DNA from: Coriobacteriaceae bacterium
GTDB taxonomy: Bacteria; Actinomycetota; Coriobacteriia; Coriobacteriales; Eggerthellaceae
DNA length: 48,763 nt
Reading direction: 5' to 3'
NCBI GenBank assembly: GCA_015062635.1
Contig: SUUF01000001.1
Span: 1-48,763, forward strand
Part shown: in pieces, positions 43,358 through 48,763 of the stretch
Numbering within the stretch: position 1 is the stretch's first letter
Layout of the letters: every line of letters starts with the position of its first letter
Translations under genes and position numbers: made by a program
The notes under the pieces: generated by a model
Databases searched by the model: none
The model's input: the letters and a program-made list of their open reading frames with translations, nothing else
Told to the model about the DNA's origin: nothing

Positions 43358-43821
43358 GAGCGCGAGGCTTCCCACTGGGCCAGCAGGTCATCTTCGAGCG
43401 GCTCCATGATGGCGGCCAGCTCGTCGGTCACGTGGTCGTAACCGCACAAGTGCAGCAGCCCATGGATCGTGAGAATGGTGATCTCGCGCTCGAATGTGGT
43501 GCCATAGATGGCGGTCTGGCGTTCGGCCACGTCAACCGCGATGACGATGTCGCCCAGCTCGTACACCGGCTCGACGCCCGGCGCAAAGGCCTCCTCGGGC
43601 ATCGGGTCGTTGTCGCATTCGAAGCTCAGGACGTCGGTGGGACCGACCTTCCCGCGGTACTGCTCGTTCAGGCGGGCGATTTCCTCGTCGTCGACAAACG
43701 AGATGGAAACCTCGGTGTTCTCGGGCTTGCCCACCTTCTGCAGCACGAACGTCGCGAGCTCCACCAGGGGCAGCGGCGCAATATCCTCTTCGCGGTATGT
43801 CGCATCCACCAGAATGTCCAT
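43354..43821 (-). CDS. ybeY: rRNA maturation endoribonuclease YbeY
   Basis: ATG 43821 (MDILVDAT). Zinc motif HGLLHLCGYDH. Confidence 0.92.
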   Translation of the reverse strand: MDILVDATYREEDIAPLPLVELATFVLQKVGKPENTEVSISFVDDEEIARLNEQYRGKVGPTDVLSFECDNDPMPEEAFAPGVEPVYELGDIVIAVDVAERQTAIYGTTFEREITILTIHGLLHLCGYDHVTDELAAIMEPLEDDLLAQWEASRS

Positions 43822-43822
43822 G

Positions 43823-44785
43823 TCAGTTATCCTTTCCCGCTTCCGCCTTCGCGTAAGCCTCCACGATTTTCGCCACCAGCGAATGGCGGACGACATCCAC
43901 CTCACCGAACCGGCAGAACGCGATGTCATCGACATCGCCCAGTATCTTCTGAATGCCCTTCAGGCCCGAGATGCCGCGCGGCAAGTCGAGCTGCGTGTCG
44001 TCGCCCGTCACCACCATCTTCGAGCGGAAGCCCAAGCGCGTCAGGAACAGCTTCATCTGCTCGGGCGTCGTGTTCTGGGCCTCGTCGAGGATGAGGAAGC
44101 TGTCGTTGAACGTTCGTCCGCGCATGAACGCGAGCGGCGCGACCTCGATGACACCGCTATCGAGCAGGGCATTTGCCTGCTCGCGCTCGACCATGTCGAA
44201 CAGTGCATCGAACAACGGCCGAATATAGGGGTCGATCTTCTCTTCGAGCGTGCCGGGCAGGAAGCCCAGGTTCTCGCCCGCCTCGACCACCGGCCGCGTG
44301 AAGACGAGCTTGCGCACCTCCTTGGCGCGCAACGCGGCGATGGCGCTTGCCATGGCCAGATAGGTCTTGCCCGTACCCGCAGGCCCGATGCCGAAGGTTA
44401 TCGTGTTCTTGCGGATGGCGTCGACGTAGCGCTTCTGCCCGAGGGTCTTCGGCCGCACGAGCCGCCCCTGCGCCGAAAGCACGACGTCGTCGTTGAAGGG
44501 GTTCACATACCGCCCCTCGGCCTTGATGTGCGCGATGGCGCTGCGCACGGCATGCGCGTCGGCCGGACGTCCGGCCAGCACATGGTCGATGAGGTCGGAA
44601 TACAGCTTCGCAAGGGCATCGGCCTCGGCCGGCTCGCCCGAAATCGCAATCGTGTCGCCGCGCAACGTGACGGTGGAATCGAAGGAATCCTCGATGAGAT
44701 GCGCGATGCGGCTGCCCGGCCCCACGAGCTCGAGCATGTCGACGCCGTGGGGAATCGCGATGGTGATGTTGGCTCGCTCGTTCAT
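43823..44785 (-). CDS. phoH: PhoH family ATPase
   Basis: ATG 44785 (MNERANITI). Walker [24 protein letters not shown] overlap with the mtaB stop. Confidence 0.9.
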   Translation of the reverse strand: MNERANITIAIPHGVDMLELVGPGSRIAHLIEDSFDSTVTLRGDTIAISGEPAEADALAKLYSDLIDHVLAGRPADAHAVRSAIAHIKAEGRYVNPFNDDVVLSAQGRLVRPKTLGQKRYVDAIRKNTITFGIGPAGTGKTYLAMASAIAALRAKEVRKLVFTRPVVEAGENLGFLPGTLEEKIDPYIRPLFDALFDMVEREQANALLDSGVIEVAPLAFMRGRTFNDSFLILDEAQNTTPEQMKLFLTRLGFRSKMVVTGDDTQLDLPRGISGLKGIQKILGDVDDIAFCRFGEVDVVRHSLVAKIVEAYAKAEAGKDN

Positions 44786-46020
44786 GCGTAGAAGATACCA
44801 CCCTCCGATAGCTCTGTTAAGCGCACGCGCACCAATTCGCCCGGTTGCGGCCCCGCAGCACGCCACCGCACCGGATGATACGATTCCGAGGTCCCCTGCC
44901 CCTCGCGTTCGACGAGCACGCGCTCGCTCGTGCCGAGCCGCGATCGCGCATCGGCCTGGCACAGCGCGCGGCCGAGCTCTTGCAGGCGCATCGAGCGGTC
45001 GGCGGAAATCTCGGCAGGCACCTGGTCGGCACGTTCGGCCGCCGGCGTTCCCGCGCGTTTCGAGTAGCGGAACACGTGGATCTTCGAGAACACGGCATCG
45101 CGCGCCACCGCGAGCGTCTGCTGGAAATCGCCTTCGGTCTCGCCGGGAAACCCGACGATGATGTCGGTGGAAAGCGAGATGGACGGCATCGCCGTGCGCA
45201 GGCGGTCGACCAATTCCCGGAATTCCCGCGCATCGTAGGGCCGGTTCATCTGCGAGAGCACGCGCGAGCTGCCCGATTGCAGCGGCAGGTGCAGATGCCG
45301 GCAGATGCGCCCGTCGGATTCCGCCATCAGGCCGATGAGGGCATCGTCGACATCGCGCGGCTCGATCGAGCCGATGCGGAACCGCACGCCCGGGCAGGCG
45401 TCGAGCAACGCCTCGAGCAAGCCGGCAAGCCCGGTTCCCCCATCGTCATAGGCCCCCAAGTTGATGCCCGTCAGCACGAGCTCGCGGGCGCCGGCAGCGG
45501 CCTGCGTGCGCGCATCGGCGAGCACCTGGGCCATCGGAACCGAACGCGATGCTCCCCGCGCCACGTGCACGATGCAGAACGTGCAGGCATTGTTGCAGCC
45601 GTCTTGGGCCTTGATGCCCACGCGCGTGCGGAACCCAAGGCCGCTGCGCGCCGGCGCGCCATGGGCGGCAACCGCCTCATGCGGCGCATCGGGGGCGAAC
45701 AGCTTCCAAGCCGCATCGGCGACCTGGGGTTTCGCCACCACGTGAATGCGCGGGTCCAAACTCTCGAACCATGACGGATTCATCACGGCAGCGCATCCCG
45801 TCACGACAAGCTGCGCGGTGGGGTTGGCCTTCAGCGCCTGCCGAACCGCTTTGCGGGTCTTCTTGTCGGCTTCGGCCGTCACCGTGCACGTGTTCACGAC
45901 CACGATGTCGGCCGGCTCGCCCTGCACCATCTGGGCGCCGCGCGCCATCAGCTCGGCCGCCGCCGCATCGACTTCGACGCGGTTCACCTTGCATCCTATG
46001 TTCACGATGGAAAAACGCAT
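44782..46020 (-). CDS. mtaB: tRNA t6A37 methylthiotransferase MtaB
   Basis: ATG 46020 (MRFSIVNIGCKVNRVE), radical-SAM CNNACTFCIV, TRAM-like C-terminus. Conserved position after rsmE. Confidence 0.85.
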   Translation of the reverse strand: MRFSIVNIGCKVNRVEVDAAAAELMARGAQMVQGEPADIVVVNTCTVTAEADKKTRKAVRQALKANPTAQLVVTGCAAVMNPSWFESLDPRIHVVAKPQVADAAWKLFAPDAPHEAVAAHGAPARSGLGFRTRVGIKAQDGCNNACTFCIVHVARGASRSVPMAQVLADARTQAAAGARELVLTGINLGAYDDGGTGLAGLLEALLDACPGVRFRIGSIEPRDVDDALIGLMAESDGRICRHLHLPLQSGSSRVLSQMNRPYDAREFRELVDRLRTAMPSISLSTDIIVGFPGETEGDFQQTLAVARDAVFSKIHVFRYSKRAGTPAAERADQVPAEISADRSMRLQELGRALCQADARSRLGTSERVLVEREGQGTSESYHPVRWRAAGPQPGELVRVRLTELSEGGIFYA

Positions 46021-46027
46021 GCGCGGC

Positions 46028-46798
46028 CTACCGCAAGCCGCCGAGCGCCGAGATGAGCAGCGTCGGCGCCACAAGGCCGGCGGTCTCGACGCGCAGGATG
46101 GCGGGTCCCAGGCTCACGGTGGCGAGCGCCTCGTTCGAGCCGCCGATGGCGGCCATCTCGGAATCAGTCAAGCCGCCGCGCGGGCCGACGACTAGCGCGA
46201 CGTCGATGCCGGTGCGCCCGGCGAGTCCCAAATGCGCCACCGCCTCGTCCATCGACCGTTCGACTTCGCCTTCCCAGCACACGATGACGGCATCGAAGCC
46301 CGCAAGCGTCTCGCAAGCGCCAGAGAGCGGCTCGATGAATCCCACGTCGGGTGCCTTCGGAAGGCCGGCCTGACGCGCCGCGATGCGCGCGAGGCGCGCC
46401 CAACGCATGTGGAGCTCCTCGGCCCGCGCCGGGCTCACCGACGGGCTGAACGTCGAGCGGAACGGCAGGATGCCGGCCACGCCCAGCTCCGAGACCTGGC
46501 GGATGATCGTGTCCATGGCCTCGTCGTTCGAAAGCCCCTGCACCAGGTGGACGCGCGGGCGGGCCGCCCCGGCATCATCGCGCGCCGTGATGCGCACGCG
46601 GATGCCCGCCGGGCCCGCCTCGATTACCTCGCAGGGGAAATAGTCTTGCGCGCCGTCGACGACGGCGATGGTGTCGCCAGATGCGATGCCCTGCCCGAGC
46701 GCGGCGGCGAGCGTCGCCTCATCAAGGCGCAATGCGAAGATTTCCTCGGTCTCGCATGCGATAACCTGCGTCTGCAGGTAGAGCGTCTGCCCCGCCAT
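46028..46798 (-). CDS. rsmE: 16S rRNA (uracil1498-N3)-methyltransferase
   Basis: 256 aa. PUA-like N-terminus and SPOUT C-terminus (VGPRGGLTDSE...LGPAILRVETA). Confidence 0.85.
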   Translation of the reverse strand: MAGQTLYLQTQVIACETEEIFALRLDEATLAAALGQGIASGDTIAVVDGAQDYFPCEVIEAGPAGIRVRITARDDAGAARPRVHLVQGLSNDEAMDTIIRQVSELGVAGILPFRSTFSPSVSPARAEELHMRWARLARIAARQAGLPKAPDVGFIEPLSGACETLAGFDAVIVCWEGEVERSMDEAVAHLGLAGRTGIDVALVVGPRGGLTDSEMAAIGGSNEALATVSLGPAILRVETAGLVAPTLLISALGGLR

Positions 46799-46831
46799 CG
46801 CTACCTCCGTTTCCGCCGTGGACGCACGTCG

Positions 46832-47965
46832 CTAGTTGAATGCGTCGCGCAGCTTCTGCCAGGCAGGACGCTCGGGATTCACGCTCTCGCCCATTTCGGC
46901 GGCGATCTTCTCGAGGGCCTCGCGCTGCTTGCGCTTGAGCTTCTTCGGCACGGTCACGGTCACATGGGCGTACAAATCGCCGCGCGCGGTGCTGCGCAGC
47001 TTCGGCATGCCCTTTTCCTTCACGCGGATGATCTGGTCGTTCTGGCATCCCTCGGGAATCTTCACCATGACTTCCTCGTCGGGCATGATGCCCTGCACGT
47101 AGATTTGCGCGCCGAGGGCGGCCTGGAACATCGACACGTTGATGCGCGCGTGCAGGTCGTCGCCGTCGCGCTCGAACAGCTCATGCGGCTCGATGCGGCA
47201 GCTCACGATGAGGTCGCCCGCCGCAGCGCCGTTCATGCCGGCCTCGCCGAAGCCGCGCAGGCGCAGCTGCTGGCCGTCGCGGATACCCGCGGGCACCTCG
47301 ACCGTCAAACGCTGGCGGTCGGGCACGCGGCCCTGGCCATCGCACTCGGGGCACGGGTTCGACACGCTCTTGCCGGTGCCGCCGCACTTCGTGCAGGTGC
47401 TCGCCGACTGCATGGCGCCCAGGAAGGTCTGCTGGACGGTGACCACGCGGCCGCTGCCATGGCATTCGGTGCACTCGATTTCCTGGCCGCCCGGGCCCAG
47501 GCCCGAACCCTCGCATTCCTCGCAGGGCGTCAGGCGGTCGTAGACGATCTCGCGCTTGATGCCGGTCGCCGCCTCCTCGAGCGTCAGGCGCAGCGAGCGT
47601 CCCATGTCGCGGCCCTCGCGGCTTACCGGCCGCCCGCCGCCGCGCGACCCGCCACCGCCGAAGAAGGTGCTGAACAGGTCGCCCATGCCGAAACCGCCGC
47701 CGAAGAGGTCGTCGAAGTCGACGTATTGCGGACCGCCCGATGCGGCGCCCGGAATCGTGCCGAAGCGGTCGTAGGCGCTGCGTTTCTGCGGGTCGGAAAG
47801 CACATCGTAGGCCTCGTTGAGTTCCTTGAACTTCTCCTCGGCGTCGGGCTCCTTGTTCACGTCGGGATGAAGGTGGCGCGCCTTGTTGCGGAACGCCTTC
47901 TTGATCTCGTCGTCGGTGGCGTTCTTCGAGACGCCCAGAACCTCGTACAGGTCCTTGTCTGCCAT
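46832..47965 (-). CDS. dnaJ: Molecular chaperone DnaJ
   Basis: J domain ([31 protein letters not shown]), G/F region, four CxxCxGxG zinc repeats. Confidence 0.95.
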   Translation of the reverse strand: MADKDLYEVLGVSKNATDDEIKKAFRNKARHLHPDVNKEPDAEEKFKELNEAYDVLSDPQKRSAYDRFGTIPGAASGGPQYVDFDDLFGGGFGMGDLFSTFFGGGGSRGGGRPVSREGRDMGRSLRLTLEEAATGIKREIVYDRLTPCEECEGSGLGPGGQEIECTECHGSGRVVTVQQTFLGAMQSASTCTKCGGTGKSVSNPCPECDGQGRVPDRQRLTVEVPAGIRDGQQLRLRGFGEAGMNGAAAGDLIVSCRIEPHELFERDGDDLHARINVSMFQAALGAQIYVQGIMPDEEVMVKIPEGCQNDQIIRVKEKGMPKLRSTARGDLYAHVTVTVPKKLKRKQREALEKIAAEMGESVNPERPAWQKLRDAFN

Positions 47966-47992
47966 GCTGATGCTAGCCTTTCTAATCTCGTG

Positions 47993-48712
47993 TTAAATCT
48001 CGCCGAGCGCATGCCGCGCGGCCTCGACCGCGCAGATGGCCCGTTCGTAATCCATGCGGGTCGGCCCGATGATGGCGATGATGCCCGCATCGGCGCCGCT
48101 GCCGAAATGCGACGCGACCACCGACACGTTGTCGAGTGACTCGTCACCGTTCTCGTGCCCGATGCGCACCACCGGGCCGTCGTCGCCGGCGGCGTCGTTG
48201 ATGTACATCAAGAGCGAATCGTCCTCGATCATGCGCAGCAACGGCACGAGCACCAGCGACGAGCGAAACTCGGGCTGCTGCATGAGCGTCGAGAGCCCGA
48301 TGCTGCGAAGCGGCAGGTAGGCCGCCCGTGCGGGTAGGACGATCGACAGGCATTCCGTGAGCTGCGTGAGCATCGACGACGTGCGGTCGAGCAACTCGTC
48401 GAGCTCGCGGGCGCTTTGCCTCAGGGCGCGGATGGCGTCGGCGGTCTCGGCATCTTCGTCGATATCGGCGCGCGCGAGCAGCGCATCGACGAAGCTGCGG
48501 TAGCCGTGGTCGGTGGGAATGCGCCCGGCCGAGGTGTGGGGCTGCTGGATGTAGCCGTCCTCTTCCAACGCCGAAAGCTCGTTGCGCACCGTCGCCGAGC
48601 TCACGCCGAGCGGATACCCTTCCACCAGCGTGCGCGACGCGACCGGCAGCGCATGCGCGACGTACTCGTGGATGAGCGCGGCAAGCACCCGTTGCCTTCT
48701 GTCTGTAAGCAT
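47993..48712 (-). CDS. hrcA: Heat-inducible repressor HrcA (unusually short, 239 aa)
   Basis: N-terminal wHTH MLTDRRQRVLAALIHEYVAHALPVASRTL...SSATVRNELSALEEDGYIQQPHTSAGRIPT and C-terminal IIGPTRMDYERA motif. The region between LSIVL and MQQPEF is only about 11 aa. Confidence 0.8.
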   Translation of the reverse strand: MLTDRRQRVLAALIHEYVAHALPVASRTLVEGYPLGVSSATVRNELSALEEDGYIQQPHTSAGRIPTDHGYRSFVDALLARADIDEDAETADAIRALRQSARELDELLDRTSSMLTQLTECLSIVLPARAAYLPLRSIGLSTLMQQPEFRSSLVLVPLLRMIEDDSLLMYINDAAGDDGPVVRIGHENGDESLDNVSVVASHFGSGADAGIIAIIGPTRMDYERAICAVEAARHALGEI

Positions 48713-48753
48713 GGCCCTCCTTCCGCATCGCGATAACTTGCAACCAACGTATT

Positions 48754-48762
48754 CTAGCAGTC
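48754..48762 (-). promoter_or_regulatory. Possible CIRCE half-site, truncated by the window end
   Basis: The minus strand reads GACTGCTAG, 7/9 to the CIRCE half GAGTGCTAA. It overlaps a TAGAAT -10-like hexamer (48751-48756), about 40 nt upstream of the hrcA ATG. The partner half would lie beyond the window. Confidence 0.3.
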
Positions 48763-48763
48763 T

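Overview
High-GC actinobacterial chromosome segment. Gene content and order look Coriobacteriia-like, but this is an inference from protein sequences only. About 44 protein genes are densely packed, mostly on the minus strand. They follow a conserved housekeeping backbone: hrcA-dnaJ-rsmE-mtaB-phoH-ybeY-dgkA / era-recO / rpsO-pnp-M16 peptidase-dapB-dapA-rnj / ftsK-rodZ-like-yajQ-rimO-pgsA::cinA-recA-recX / rny-spoVS-miaB-miaA-dapL-hflX. Cell-wall glycopolymer genes are inserted at several points: two TagF-like transferases, two LCP ligases, glf, tagD, licD, a Wzx flippase and two GT2 transferases. I recognised no rRNA, tRNA or CRISPR array by eye. Two places stand out. (1) A 1.6-kb gene-free spacer (5181-6780) holds three unrelated repeat families, including an array of seven ~49-nt hairpin doublets that resembles a BIME/REPIN cluster. 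(2) A visibly lower-GC islet (41275-42973) encodes an IS200-like Y1/HUH (RAYT-type) transposase with a C-terminal HTH, an orphan Phd/YefM antitoxin and a small DUF559-like ORF. It is bracketed by mirror-image arrays of a 21-bp tandem repeat (GGGGACATACATGTGGCGACC). The same repeat recurs between era and recO, and once, degenerate, in the rny leader. The islet lies exactly where the conserved dgkA-era-recO collinearity is broken by an inversion. Other notable points are a consensus recA promoter with a Cheo-type SOS box in its spacer, a PgsA-CinA(PncC) fusion, a GHKL ATPase/GT2 pair at the ymdB position between rny and spoVS, a low-GC TetR cassette between pnp and the M16 peptidase, and an unusually short HrcA. 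The many long antisense ORFs in the track are high-GC mirror artefacts.
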